Shown in pieces: positions 1 to 13,780 of a DNA stretch of 64,000 nt (positions are counted from its first letter, which is position 1; every line of letters starts with the position of its first letter). The DNA is from Eukaryota sp. GEM-RC1. Lineage: Eukaryota. The notes under the pieces were generated by a model. The model was not told the DNA's origin. It saw nothing but the letters and a program-made list of their open reading frames with translations, and searched no databases. The position numbers and the translations under genes were made by a program. The stretch lies in contig JAUFOQ010000003.1 of NCBI GenBank assembly GCA_040285855.1, forward strand, positions 2,480,001 to 2,544,000, written 5' to 3'.

Positions 1-124
1 AAATCTAATGCTAAAAACCCCCTGTTGATTGGTGAAAAATTTATAATGGAAAAATATTGTGCTAAATAAAAAAACGGGGTTTATGATCAGTCAGTGAAAC
101 AAATGCATTTGTAGAAGTTAATAA

Positions 125-1295
125 CTAACAGACACTAACTAAAGTATCTAAACTATGATCCTTCTGTCCATCACCGAAAATTGAATTAAAATATCTGTGC
201 ATTGAACGAAACAACGCAAACGTTAACCTACTCAACCAAAAATTTTCATTGAAAACTTTACTGTACTCAGAATACAATTTACCAAAGAAAGTTAAAAAAC
301 CTTGTGCAGCTCGTCCAATATTACCGTATATCGACATCGCAAAAGGTTGAAACACAAAAGAATTGTACCTGTCAACATTCAATTGGTTAATTAAGTGACA
401 GTACTTTGTATTTTTCCCTTTCCAGCCACTTCAAGAGCAGAAAAATCATCATCAAAAATTTTGCAAATTGATCTTGAATTACAAGGATCAACAGGTGTGA
501 AATCCGTGATAATTTCCTGACAAGATAACCAAGGACCAATCAAATCACCACGACTTCTATCAACTTTTGGCTGATCAGAAGGTTAGCAAGTAAAGGTTCA
601 ATTTTTCCATGAAAACCATTAGCCTTAAACATATCCAAACATGTATCACGGATACTGTTGTGAATAATTGATCTAAAATGAATAAATTGATGACAGTTAA
701 CTAAATGATGAAAATTTGAATCCTTTGAACGACCACAAAGACATGGAGAATGCTTCAAAAGACCTGAAGGCCATAAACCTAACCTTAGTCTCATGTTTAT
801 AAGCCATTCATGATCCTTAAGATTAAAACAAAATTTGCTTGGCAAACGAGAAACAAATGAAGACGCAGAGCGTGAAGAAATATGATTCAAAAAAAGCACC
901 AAAAGCGGGACTCTTAGTCTTAGCCAAGCTAATACGGTTTTTAAAGTCCAAGCTTTCGTGAAACAAAACAAACTTCTTCTGTAACTTGCGAACACACAAA
1001 GGCAAAGAGAAAATGCTTCTCTGCTGAATTTCTGTTACCCCAACAGGAAATAACTCTGACCACAAATTGGAGTCAAGACTATCAATTAAATTTTGAAGAC
1101 TAATTAACCATGTACAAGGTGAGTGAAGTAAAAAATCTTTCGTTTTCCATAACACAGGATAACGATTCTGAAATTCAAACAAAAAATTCTTAAAGGCCCC
1201 AAAAAGGCACCATCACTTAGCTTTCGTGAAACCAATACCACCAAAAGAAGTAGAAGTGAAACAATGAGAAGGAAGTGAAGAGTCTTTGTTACCAA
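125..1295 (-). mobile_element. 3' fragment of a CRE-like (restriction-like endonuclease) non-LTR retrotransposon, frameshifted
   Basis: Motifs MRLRLGLW, C-x-C..HLVNC..H zinc knuckle, EPLL, RGDL, K..KY and PFAMSIYG are typical of the C-terminal ZnF+RLE region. Confidence 0.75.
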
Positions 1296-1332
1296 CCAAA
1301 ATTGTGCTTAATTGAAATTATTTATGAGAAAA

Positions 1333-1780
1333 GGGAAATTGACAAGTTACGTGATCCTCGAATTACAAAGCCACCTTTTTACGAGTTTGACACTCGAGAC
1401 GATCTAGAGCAAACACTCAGACGATGGGCTTTTGAACAAGGTTTTGCTCCTTTTGATTCCTAAGGTTTTGATTCCTACTGCAAAAGGACTTCCGCTTGCT
1501 ACACAGATCCAATCACTCCTCGCTGCTGATGAGCAGCTTTCTGTCAACAATTTCCATCCTCAATGGCAATTGGACCCAGAGCCATCTATTGCTGTGTTAG
1601 ATCCTCCAATTGCTCAAGATCCCCCTCTTGATACCTCTTCTGAACTGATGTTTTTTTGGAACAACATTGAGAGTCTTTCCTCCATCCAGAAGGGCTTATT
1701 GATCCCTAAACTGAAACAGTTGTTATCCGAGCAACAACGACCTGAGAATCCGAGAAGACAAGATATCCCTCAAAGAGCAG
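1333..1780 (+). mobile_element. Internally deleted MULE/FAR1-like remnant
   Basis: EFDTRDDLEQTLRRWAFEQGF resembles a FAR1 N-terminus. It is joined to FHPQWQL, similar to FHQHWYL in the MULE at 35470-36992. Confidence 0.45.
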
Positions 1781-2700
1781 TATCCCAATATATTTATTGT
1801 AGATTTTTTATGTTAGAAATATATTGCAATATATTTTTTCCGATCCCGATCAATATCCTCAAAGTCCAGATTCCTTATCTGGAAATTCTCACCTACCTTG
1901 TCGTCATAATGTCTGCCCAGAGATAATAAAGCGCTAGATATAGAAGTCACCATACCTTTAAAGATAGCAAACACAATTCGATTTTTCCAAAATCTAAGAT
2001 CAAATCTCCTACAGTAGATGTTTTTTCTTTCACAATTTTGACAAATATTTCCAAATTGATAAATTGAAATTATTGAAGGGGATCTGGTAACATTTTGGAT
2101 CATTTTGGGGAAAAAATTTTATCCCTATAAATTTTGATTGAGTTTAGCAACATCTTTGGAATACAAATCAATTTTACGTTTTTTGGCTGTTTCTAGATGA
2201 ATGAAACCTTTTGAATTTAAACCATCAACATAAGTTTGAGCACATGGATCTACTGTTGTAACATCAAGGATAATTTGCCTAGAATCAACAAAAGGACCAT
2301 ATATGTCACCTCGACGAGAATTATTAATTAAAAAAGACCCAACATACTAAATTAAGGTTCAACTTTGGCATGAAATCCATGAGCCTTAAAATATGGCTAA
2401 AATATGTACATTATATATTTAATGCAATATTGTTTTCCCACGCCTATTTCCATGCACATCAATGGAACTCAGACCAAACACATCCAGCAATGGCAGCAGC
2501 GGTGGTATCCTGATAACCATTATTTTTGAAACGAGATGGATGAAGTGGAGGTTTAGTTTTCAATAACATATATTTGTCTACATATTTATAGGTAAGTCAT
2601 AGAGTCTCTGGGTCGAAGAAGTTCAAATACAGATACATGTAGTCAAAATGTGTATGGCAAAAACAGAAAATGTCATACGGGTATGGGCTTATGGACGTAT

Positions 2701-3700
2701 GGGAGTCTATACGTGTATGGCAAACAATGGCACGACACTGTTTTTTCTGTGGCACAAAAATTGTTGCCTTGCATAAAACTTCCTCTTCACCTGTTTTTGA
2801 TGTGCAGTTCTAACTTAGAAAGGTTAGAACTTCTAAGACATCTTTATTGCAACACTACAACTTATACTGTACATTCTTTACGCTTATGACCAATTTCACC
2901 TCCATGTCTTGTAATAATGACCTAATTCATTACTGTTCTTACAAACAGCTTTCTTTCTCGGAATAGGACTTGATTGCCCAGTAGTATTCGTTTGAATGGG
3001 ATCTTGCACGTCAGTGTTTGCATGGTCATCAGATGGAGACAGAAGAGGTTCATTCATTACTTGCAGTGCTTGTTCTAGATATTTTCTAGCTCCTATCTGT
3101 TGCACATATATATACATTGTAGGACGCCCAGTTACGATACAAAATGTCGATCAGATCTTCTTCATCCTCAGAATCGTCTTCATACCTTTTCTGTAGCAAC
3201 CACTGCACATGAAATCTTCCAGACTAAGCCATTTCCGCACCTGTAGTAGCTCGTGAGCACATAGTATACCATACACTCTTCTATGATATCCGTCACAATC
3301 AAAATAGTCGATTTGCATCATAAAGATCATTTACTGTTAGATCCCTTATTCCTTCTTGAAAGAGTATATCACGAGTAATTCTGACACTACAACGAACCAC
3401 AAAGGTTTTGTAAACTTTAGGTTTTATTTCAGAAGATAAAGACTTGAATTTATGGGCAGATAAGATGTTAATGTTGGAAGTACCATCACTAAGATATTCC
3501 TCGATGTCAAGGCACAATATATTCGGAAAGGACATGAGAGTTGGAAAAACCTGGTAATACGTGAAGTTCCTTCTTCATCATCACCATCATCGGCAATTCG
3601 AGAAGACCCATGATTACAATGGATATACAATCCTCCTGCAATAGTGTTTCTCTTACAGAGGCTGTATCCCTGTTCGGCATAAATGATACACATTCTTAGA
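2701..3700 (-). mobile_element. Degenerate MULE transposase remnant just upstream of the Hsp70-vWA gene
   Basis: FAR1-like YAEQGYSL..LYIHCNHG..SCPFRI, a SWIM-like C..CAH, and a terminal CKNSNELGHYYKT knuckle, with several frameshifts. Confidence 0.55.
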
Positions 3701-3855
3701 AGGCGTCATGAATGGGGTCAAAGGGTTTTCTTAAGTCATCAGGAAGGTTGCTGATGTCGCAGTAACGTGTATTTGACATATAAAGAGTATGTGGATGAAG
3801 AAGTTTATGCTGCAAGTTTACAAATTCTCTTGTTGAAGTTAAAAATCTTCTCTTC

Positions 3856-6647
3856 ATGATCGGAATCGATCTCGGAACAACCAACTCATTGGTCGCTATT
3901 TGTGATGATAATGGGCCAAGAATCGTTAGCGATAGGTCAAATAAGGTTGTTCAGTCTGTCGTAAGTTTTCATTCTTCCAGACCAAAATGCGGCAAGATGG
4001 CCTTGCGAGATGCCAGAAAGGACCCTGAAAACGTTGTTACGCAGGTTAAACGCTTTATAGGCCGTCGTTTAGACATCGCATCCAACCCATCTGATCTGAG
4101 AAGAAATCTGATGGAAGACAACAACCTTGCCCGTGAATTAAGAGATCTTCCATATGAAATCGATTTAGATGCCCAGAATAGACCTTCCATTATGATAGAC
4201 AAGGATGGCGATCTCACTCACTACACCCCTGAATTCATATCAGCTGTTATATTGCAGAAGCTCCAATCTGTGGCTGCTAAAGCCACCGGACAACAGTCAT
4301 TTCCGTCTGTGTACATCACCATTCCTTATGAATTTGACGAGAGACAACGCAAGGCTACCAAAGATGCGGCCATCATTGCAGGATTTGAAAACCCAAGACT
4401 CGTGTGTGAACCAACGGCTGCAGCAGTTGCGTTTCTGTATTATCACCCATCATTGGTAGGAAAAAGGGTCCTTATTTTTGATCTAGGTATGTTTTTATCA
4501 TCTTTCAAAGAATACTCACCTTAGGAGGAGGGACGTTTGATTTATGCCTTGCCCATCTCACTTCACGTGAAGTTCAGGTCATTCATACAGGAGGTGATCG
4601 TACATTGGGTGGCTCTGTTGTTGACAGACTTCTCGTTGACTATTTCAAGACTCGTGTCGGACATGGGTTGGAGAAATCCGACCTTGAATGTCTGAGACAA
4701 GTAGTGGAAGAAGCTAAATGCTACTTATCACAAGTCCCTCAACATTCCTTCTCATTTCTCAATTCTCAACTTACTCTAACTCAACAAGAGCTTCGAACTA
4801 TATGTGCTCCTTTCTCCGACAGGGTTTTCCAAAACTTGGATCAGTTTCTTGAGTTGAATAGAATCTCCCCACGTAGTGTTGACAATATTCTACTTGTTGG
4901 CGGCTCTACTCTACTACCTGGTATCGCTGAACGCTTATCCTCTGTTTTCCCCGGCGTTGATCTACTAAAACGACCTAACTGTGATGAAGCTGTTGCTTTG
5001 GGTGCATCTATTTTGGCCAATGATTCACATCATGCCCCCGTTCTTAATGACGTTCTTGGATCATCAATTGTGACACCTGTACATGATGGTCTCGAAATGG
5101 TCCTTCAGAAGGGTTCTTCTCTGAGAGATTGTCGTGCAGAAAAGACTTTTACTACTACAATTCACCAACAAAAAGATGCTGTCATAACTATTATGCAAGG
5201 TACACATCGTCCTGAAAAAGCTAAAATGATTGTGCCTATTTCTGAGTTAAACCTTGAGGAAAACATTGATGCCAAACCACGATATACAAATTTGAAGTAT
5301 CGTTATGTACTAGTTATCGATCGTTCAACTTCTATGAGGTGCTATTATTCTAATTTAACTGAACGATTGTATACGAAGCTATCTTCTCTAGATGAAAAAT
5401 CATCGTTTTGTGGTGCCATTTTGTTTGACCGCCGAGTCACGACCGTTAAGACTCTATCAGAACTAAGAAGATCTACTGTGTCAGGTAGCACTGATATCAT
5501 CAAGGCCTTGAATTCAACTGCAGACTTCATTCAATCTGATTATTCAGACTCGGATAGATCAAGTACAATTGTCTATAGAATATTACTTGTCTCTGATGGT
5601 CATGATAACAACAACAACGATTTTAAAAACCAATTCTCTCAACAAACAAAGTTAGTGTACGACAAGCTTAAGACGATTGATGCCAAATTCGAAGTTACCA
5701 CTCTTGGTATTGGTTCTGATTTTCCCACACATGTGTGTTTCACATTCCGCAGTGCTCTTCGTGGTGAGGAAGGCTCTTTGTTGGTACCACCATTGTTCCA
5801 AGCTCATAGTAACAGTGAAGTTAATGATAAACTTGATGAAATTTTCGACAGAGTTTATACACCTCGAACGGCTGTTGTTCTACCTGACAAGTTTATTCCC
5901 CTTAAACCTAGATTACTTCCTTGGAATACTCAACGATCTTCTGTTAGTGTGTTTGCTGAGAACTATCTTATCGTCGATGATCCGAAAGGGAGTACCACAA
6001 TTGATGAAAACACCCGAAAATTTATTGTTGATGCTGCTGGTAAAGTTAATTTGGACGATTTAACCAAAGTCTTTCAACACTGGAATTTAGCATTGATGTC
6101 TTCCAATGATCAAGACGAATCTTTGGTTAATGCAGATGTTCGAACTTGGGCAAAGACCGCACTCAAATGCTGCATTAATCTATTGTCTAATCATGAACGC
6201 TATCGCACCTATCAACCCAAACCAGCCACGATTTATCAGTGGTGTTCCAATCAAAATCCTACACTAACAAATCACTTGAACTATCTATACTGGTTAACTC
6301 AGAATAGAGTTGATGATATTGATTCTGTTGCTCTCGCTGAACAGGCTGTGAATCTTAACAGTGCAATTGCAGTAGTTGGTGGGAGTTCAAATGATGTTTT
6401 TGCAAAAGTTGAGCAGCAAGCCCTCAATGAGTGGGTTGGAGATATCCTCGGTGATTTGACTGTTGGTCCTTTACCACCAGCATCTGCCGGTTCTGTCAAT
6501 ATTACTGTACAATATTCCATGACTGAAGAAGGAATAATCAATATTTCTGCATTCACCAACACCTTGCAAAAACAAACAAGTGTTGGTGTGGATGTTCAAA
6601 AGGAAATCTATCTCTTGAAGATATCCAAGAAATGCAAGCACTCTTGA
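3856..6647 (+). CDS. Hsp70-family protein with a vWA domain inserted in the substrate-binding domain (2 exons, intron 4487-4524, 917 aa)
   Basis: Hsp70 motifs GIDLGTTNS, EPTAAA, LVGGSTLLP and DEAVALGA. Removing the 38-nt intron gtatgt...ctcaccttag restores IFDLGGGTFD in frame with ORF 4605. vWA MIDAS VLVIDRSTSM..STDI..LVSDG..LGIG. The SBD resumes at ILGDLTVGPLPPASAG. Confidence 0.9.
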
Positions 6648-6929
6648 GTTAGACTTACTATATTCATATTTTTTGTTATGTACTAAAGTTTTCTGTGTAG
6701 TTTGTTATAATTAAGCGAGTCTTCGCCGGAAAAAGTTCTTCACACCTTGACTCCACATTCTAGATTACATATTCTAGTTTATAGAACAAAAAGGTAAGAT
6801 GAAAACAAAAACTAAACCTTGACTCCTGAAAACCAGGTTTCTGAAAGTCACATTTCTTTGCTATAAAAAAATTATTCTATTCGAAGACAGCAACTTTACC
6901 ACATACAATGTACACTAACCAAATCTAGA

Positions 6930-8090
6930 AGACACTAGTTAAAGTATCTGAACTAAACCTGACTAGAATCAAACAATTTAGCTAAAACAGAATTTAAATA
7001 TCTAAACATTGACCGACACAAAGCAAAAGTCATTCTTGATAGCCAAAATCGCGCACTTAACAACTTTCCTTACTCTGAACACAATTTTCCAAAAGAAACT
7101 AAAAACTGTTGTGCTGAAGGACCAATATTACGATAAAGTGACATAGTAAAGGGCTTAAAAACAGAACAATTATATCTATCAGCATTCAGCCTAATAACTG
7201 AGTCACCGTATTTTGTGTGCTTACCATTTTCCGCAGTCTTGAGAGGTGAATATTTTTCATCTAAAATTTTAGAGACTAAACTGAAATTACAGGGGATTAA
7301 CAGCAGTGAAGTCCATAATGATCTCTTGACACGAAATCCAAGGAGCAATTAAATCACCACGACTTCTATCAAATCTAGGCTGATGAGTTCAACCAGTAGC
7401 GGTTCGACATTTCCATGAATACAATTAGCCTTAAACATCTCCAGTTATCACGAAGGATATTGTGGACAATAGATCTAAAATGGATGAACTGATGACAGTT
7501 AACTAGATGATGAAAATTGGAAGAGGATGAACCACAAAAACATGGAGTGCGCTTCTAAAGGCCAGAAGGCCATAAACCTAGCCCAAGACGCATATTGTTA
7601 AGCCATTCATGATTTTTGAGATTAAAACAGAATTTTTGGGGTAACCGTGTGATAAAAGAAGTGAAAATACTGACGAAATGTCCGCCAAAAAAGCACAAAA
7701 AGCGCGATTTGTAATCTTACCCAAGCTAATACGATTCTTATAATCCAAGCTTCCATGATAAGATACAAATTTTTTCAGGAAGTGAAAAAATAGATCTACG
7801 TTGAGTTTCTGAAATCGAAACTGGAAATAAAGCAGACCAAAGAGTGCAATCAAGACCATCAAAAATTTTCTAAAGACTTTTATTCCAAGAACATTCTGAA
7901 GATTTTAGATTTCCATAGAAGTGGATAACGAACTTTAAATTCAAATAAAAAGTTTTTCAAAAAACCCAAAAAGTACCTTCGCGCATGTATTTTACTCTTG
8001 ATAGACCAATGTCACCAAAAGATGTTGAGGTAAATCAAGGAGAAGGAAGTGCATTATCTTTACTTCCCACTAAATGACCCACAAATTTGG
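6930..8090 (-). mobile_element. CRE-like non-LTR retrotransposon 3' fragment (degenerate)
   Basis: Paralogous to 125-1295 (KY..FKPFTMSLY.NIG; DYKNRISLGK), with many stops and indels. Confidence 0.7.
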
Positions 8091-10829
8091 TCATCATTTA
8101 ATTGAAGTGACGGGCTTTTCCGTCCAGAATCTGTTGACTGCTTCACTGATGGTTCACGTGATATTCTCTCAACTAGAAAGTTTGATAGAGAATTTGGAGA
8201 CGTTTATCGGTTTGTTGCCTGTGAAGAACATGAAAACATTTATAGTGTGACCAAGAACTTCACTCGTGATTTGAATCAAGAATGAACAGTCATGTCGAAA
8301 AAGAACTCCAACAACCGAAAATTCGACATAGAAACGAGTTCATTGCTGAAGCCAACAAAACCAAAGCAGAAAGAGATAGACAATCAAACAAGTTTCCTGA
8401 TTTGTCTCCATCGATTGAAAATCACATCGATCTAAGTCAATCCTCTGAAGATGAACGTCCTGACAATGTCCTTCATGATTCCGTTTTCCCCTCATCTGGT
8501 GTGACTCCTCCCAAGAAGACCAAAAGGAAAAAAGACAAAGAACAGCTCTTGAAGAACGCCACTCGTTATGAAGTTGTGAAGTTTCTTCATGACTTCAGTC
8601 ATTGGGCCATTCACATCACAAAATGAAACGAAATGTACCTTTCGATTATGACCTCTGGATTGGTGCTCTTTTGGACAAATTCGACTTTGCTAGGACATCA
8701 TTGTGCGAAATTGATCCAGTTGACATTAGTCATTTCATGGATCAAACAACTTTGAACGATTGGAAAATGTTAGATCTGATTGGTACTAACAACACTTGTC
8801 AGGTACTTGAACGAAACATCTGGCGTTTATTGATTAACAAGAGTCAATACTCATCAACTACAGCAGCCAAAGATGCAATTACAGAAATAAGATTGGGTAG
8901 CTCCAAAGACCCTGCTGAGTGCTTTGACCGATACCGCTGTGGCGTAATTAGCGTTCTCAAATGTTCCATGGCGATAATAGCCACGTCGAGTGATGAAACT
9001 GTCCGAACAATGGTGCCTGCTTCCACAGTAGCCGAGTTTGTGTTGGAAACACTGAATCCTGACAAAGGAATTATTGCTTTGAATGAACTTGTTCTTAGAT
9101 GGGATCATCGTCTCAAAACTGAGGATGATATGCTACCTCAATTCTTTCAAGAAGTTAAATCGATCTGGACAACCTACAGCGTTCCACAGCTGTGAAGTCC
9201 TCATCCACTCCTTCCAGTCGTTTTCCTCTTAGAAAACGAAGTAATCGACCAAATACCGCAAACAAGCCAGATTTTCAATCTTCTTAATGCACACCTGGAG
9301 ATGTTAAGTCTACGGTTGAATGTTTTAACTGTTGAACAATGGGCCACGACTCCACTGATTGTAGATCAAAACCTCAATCTGACAGCGATAAGAAGTCCAA
9401 CAAACGTAGATCAGGTCACAGTCGTAGTCAATTTTTTAGTCGTCGTTTTAGTTCCAATAAACAACAGAATAACTATATTTTCAGACTTGCATCAAATAAC
9501 ACATCTAGAGATAATATCACTACACCTCATAAGTACATGAACCCATTGGCTGCTTTGAACACACATTCAAGCAAGGGTAGAAGTACTTCATCAGTTGAAA
9601 CAATTCGTAATCTCAAAAAAAACCTAGGGTTCGAATCTAACGGTAAGGGTCCTTTATGTATTCGATTGTTAATCAACAATGTACCAGTAGTAGGAGAATT
9701 TGACCCAGCAGCATCATGTTCAGTCATTTATCAAGATTTGAGACGCTACTGTCAGATGACAACAACTGATAGTTGTATTGAATACATCTCAGCGAATAAT
9801 ATTCGTGCTACTTTCTTAGGTAGTGCAGTAAGTGTTTTGCCGTTCAACGTTGGCAGCTTGGCCAACCAGATTCACGTTAAGCATACTTTACCAGTAGTTT
9901 GTTGTAGTTGTAGATTTGTGCAATATCATATGCGGTTTTTATCTTACCCTTTACATACATAGAGGTTATTTCCTATATAAAGGTTCTCCTCTCATTGTAT
10001 GTTAACAAAGACCAACAAGTTCCTGGAACAAAATTCTCCTCATTGGTAGAGATTTGCAAGAAGAACTGGGGTTGCATTCGGATGATGGTCTTGTCATTAA
10101 ATTAGTTAAAGAACATAGCACTCAATGCAGAGAGTAAATTTGATGAAAGAATGAGGTCTCCAACAATTTCGATTAGTAGAGTTCAATCAAAATGTTCAAT
10201 GAAACAAAATTCAACATATTTTACTATTGATCAGTACAGTAACACTCAATTAGATATCAATCTGTTTGAAGAAACCTTTGACCACTCTGGTTGCACCATA
10301 AAATTGAATGATTCTACAAGGAGAACGGAGCTTCTGGGCCTACTCAGTAAATACAAACAAGTGTTTTCAGAGGATATACATCCTGATGGTATCGATTGTC
10401 CACCCATGATAATTCCATTGTATGATGAAAGTGTCACTGTAATTCGTCCTCCTAGAATGCTTAATCCAGAAAAACAGCGAATAGCCGAAGTAATGTATAT
10501 GAACTTATAAGCCAAGGATGGGCCGTTCCATCAACTGGTAAGTTCAGCAGTCCCATAGTCTTGGTGGTTTATAATGATCATCGTAAGCCTCGTTTAACTG
10601 GAGATTTCAGTGGACCTGATGGGATCAATGCTAATACCAGACCGGTGAAACCAAGTTTACCACTAGGTTTCGAAAGAAACTCTAGATCATCACAGATCCT
10701 AGAGATTCTTTCGAAAGCTACAATGTAATTCAATTGGACCACTTGACCTTGCAAAAGCGTTCTGGCAGCTAAATGTCGCTGACGAAGATGTCGAGAAGAC
10801 CAGTGTGTCTACACCTGGAATATCTATTA

Positions 10830-11925
10830 CAGGGATACCGAAAAATATATTGCAATTATTCTGCAAGAATATTTAATTGCAATAATTATATTACATTTTT
10901 GGAATACTGCAATAAATATAGCAATATATTGCAATATTACACATAGCTAAAAACTCAAAACTCTCTCCAAATTGAGCCTCTGCCTTTAATTTTGTTTGTA
11001 CGGCTTTCACTATTTGTGTGTTAGTGACCTGTTATCAGTGAACTTCTCACATTTGTTAGTTTTTTCACATTTTCTTATATCTTGCTTTCCCACCACTTGC
11101 ATCCTACCTACATCATGAACTTCACACATAACACATTATTGGTCTCGATGTTGTTTTTGGGACTTTTGGATTCAATTCATCAAGAATTATGATCTACTGA
11201 GCAGTCCACACTTATCCATCGGTGTTCCGTTTCCAGCTGATATACAGATGTTTTCTAGGATCCAAACTCAAAGAAGCCAGAGATCGCAAGGAAAAAGTTG
11301 AATCTTGATACTGTACTATTGGTAATGCTTCTCAAGGTCATTATTTCCAAATAGTAGATCCTATAAACTAAGATGTAGTTTTTTCATCAGTAAAATACGA
11401 CTTAATGTCCACAGTCTACATATCAGATACTTGCAGAACTCGTCAAACAAACACCAAATTAATTCGTCTCTAATTAGCAATTCGGTCCAATTCTTGTGGT
11501 TGTACAGAACATTAGCTTTCAAGTTCTGAAAACAAGTATTAGGTGTAAGCCATACTGTTATTGGCTCAGTTACGGAGTTGCTTTCGTCTAAAATGAGATG
11601 AGGACAAATATTGCAGTCATCTGCTAACTTGCCCCCTTTCCAGACCTTAAAGGAGATTGGGCATTATCGACAGTAAAAAACTGGTCCGCAAACACTTTGG
11701 GTGGTGAGACATATGAAAAAGCGCCTAAATTGAACGCTTAGATGACACTTATGTCATTTTGAAACATTTCAGTGTCCTTAGAACAATTGTCTGTTGTTTG
11801 CTATTTAATCAATGTCTACATCAACTTTCAGAGTTGTTTGAAAATAACGACATAAGTATTGCAATAAATTGGTATATATTGGAATATATTGCAACATTCT
11901 CATAATTGCAATAAATATATTGGTA
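10830..11925. mobile_element. hAT-like non-autonomous insertion within the old gypsy RT
   Basis: Begins CAGGGATACC, with ATATTGCAAT subterminal repeats at both ends like the 28099 element. The right end is cut at a TA by a pogo-type terminus. Confidence 0.55.
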
Positions 11926-12290
11926 CAGTCTACCCTGGATTTAGTGCACTACTTTTATATAGTGCGCCCTGGATATAGTGCGCACTTTTCACTACCAGAC
12001 ATTTTGTCTTCCTCAACTCTGTTGGTATATCGTATCTCTTTCTGTCGTGCCATATTCTCTTGTGGTACATTCCATAACTTTTGTTATACTGTTCTTCCAT
12101 CAATAAACTCCATCGCGTAAGCCTTTCTCAATATGAGACTACATCAATAGTCGCTTCCGTGATCTCCGTGTACGTTACCCTTCATATGAGACAGCTTCTA
12201 TTCTTGACTGAGAGCATCTCAGTTTTCTCTTGACATCTCTTCTCTCTATTGATATAGAAAGAACAGACACCATTGGCAATGCACAGGAAT
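11926..12290. mobile_element. Pogo/Tc1-type element terminus, same family as 41596-42884
   Basis: TA|CAGTCTACCCTGGAT-TAGTGC followed by the reverse complement of about 42080-42884 without the hAT insert (empty site). Confidence 0.75.
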
Positions 12291-13780
12291 GCACACTTTT
12301 GATTTTGACCTTATCTTAGTTTAGAAGGTTTTCTGTTAAGTAGGCACTTGACGATCTTTACTGATCATAGGAACCTTGCTTATCTTATTTCTCCTCCAGA
12401 AAAGAATCGTATTGTTAATCGACAGATTCCATTTTCTCAGAGTTCGATTTTAAGATAGTACATATAGCTGGTACAAACAATCAATGGGCTGACATTTTGT
12501 CACGTGTTATTGACCGACGCCCAGTTGAATCCATCAAATCTTTAACGATCTCAAATCTTCCCATCAAAAGTGATTCAACCCTTTCTCATGAAAGCTTACT
12601 TTATGATCATGCAGACTATGTTGCGGTGCTTCCACGTCACTCTAACGTATTAGCCATCAAGTGTCTTCGTAACCTCTCAACAGACAATAAACTTCCTTTA
12701 TTTGACTCTTGGTTATCCACCATTAGGTCAGAACAATCTAAAGTGATAGAACAAGAAGATCAACTGTTTAATGGTTCAACTTTGTGTACATTGAGTAATG
12801 TATACATAAACTCAAAGAACATAATTTTGATTCCGACTTTTAGTCGGTCGATTCCTCATTTCTCCCAGAGTAATGGACTGGTGAAACTACGTAACAGAGA
12901 CGTTCTGCAAAGCATACGTCGTCTTCTTGTGGACTTCAATGATTATGACAATTGGTCAACGTACATTCCAACTGTACAGTTGCAGATCAACGCAACAAAG
13001 AGTTCAATAATTGGGCATTCTCCTTACGAACTGATGTTTGGTAGTGACATAAGTCCTGGTGCAGATCCTAGTAGTTTACTAGATGCTGTTGAGAAATCAA
13101 CAGCGGATGTTTCGTTAATTAACGACAGTAATGAAACTAGAACGTTTAACGAAAAAAAGAGAAGAGGTTGAGGATCTTCAATAAGTACTCAAGCCTAACA
13201 AGAAGTCTAACACTTGTCAACCATTTAACATCGTGTGTCAAAGGTCGCCAAAACTAGTAAGCTCCATGGTAACTACACTGGAAATTTTCTAGTTGTCTCA
13301 GTTGATTCAAGATCTGCTGTTTCATTAAAGGATCTGATCCACGGACATGTTAGTAAGACTAGCATTCATCAATGTAAGATCTTTCAATCAGATCTACCTG
13401 CTGATCATGATCTTCACAGAGCAATTGCTTCTGGGGATTCTGAAGAACACATCGTGGTTAAGATCCTAGATAGTTTTGATACACCCGATGGTGAATGCTG
13501 CGCTGTACTTTGGTTTGGTGGTGATACTTCATCAGTTCCCATCAAGGACATCAAGAACAGCAAAGCGTATAGTGACGTTGTAAAATTAGACAATATAGAT
13601 TAATTTCGTAACAGTAGAAACGGGTCTAGTAATAACAACACTAAGCTTAAACGTACCTCCAGTAGTAAGAGTACTCCTAAGATGTCTTCCAAAGTTAAGA
13701 CACCTGTAGCAAATAGAACTAGGAGCTCGAAAGGAGAGAAGAGGTAATGTTAGCCACAGGTGTTAGTGAAGTGTTACAAG

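Larger units (their letters stand above)
1..7277 (+). repeat. Segmental duplication copy A (direct; may extend left of the window)
   Basis: Near-identical to 46762-60350 once the gypsy insertion is removed. The same ORFs recur (e.g. 2650/55821, 3856/57021). Identity ends after 'tttagagact' at 7277/60350. Confidence 0.97.

Noticed and set aside
2701..7277. Pack-MULE capture of the Hsp70-vWA gene
   Set aside because: No matching second TIR or 9-bp TSD was found beyond the gene.
8100..8280. 5' LTR/PBS of the old gypsy element
   Set aside because: No copy of the 92-bp LTR is present upstream, so the element is 5'-truncated.
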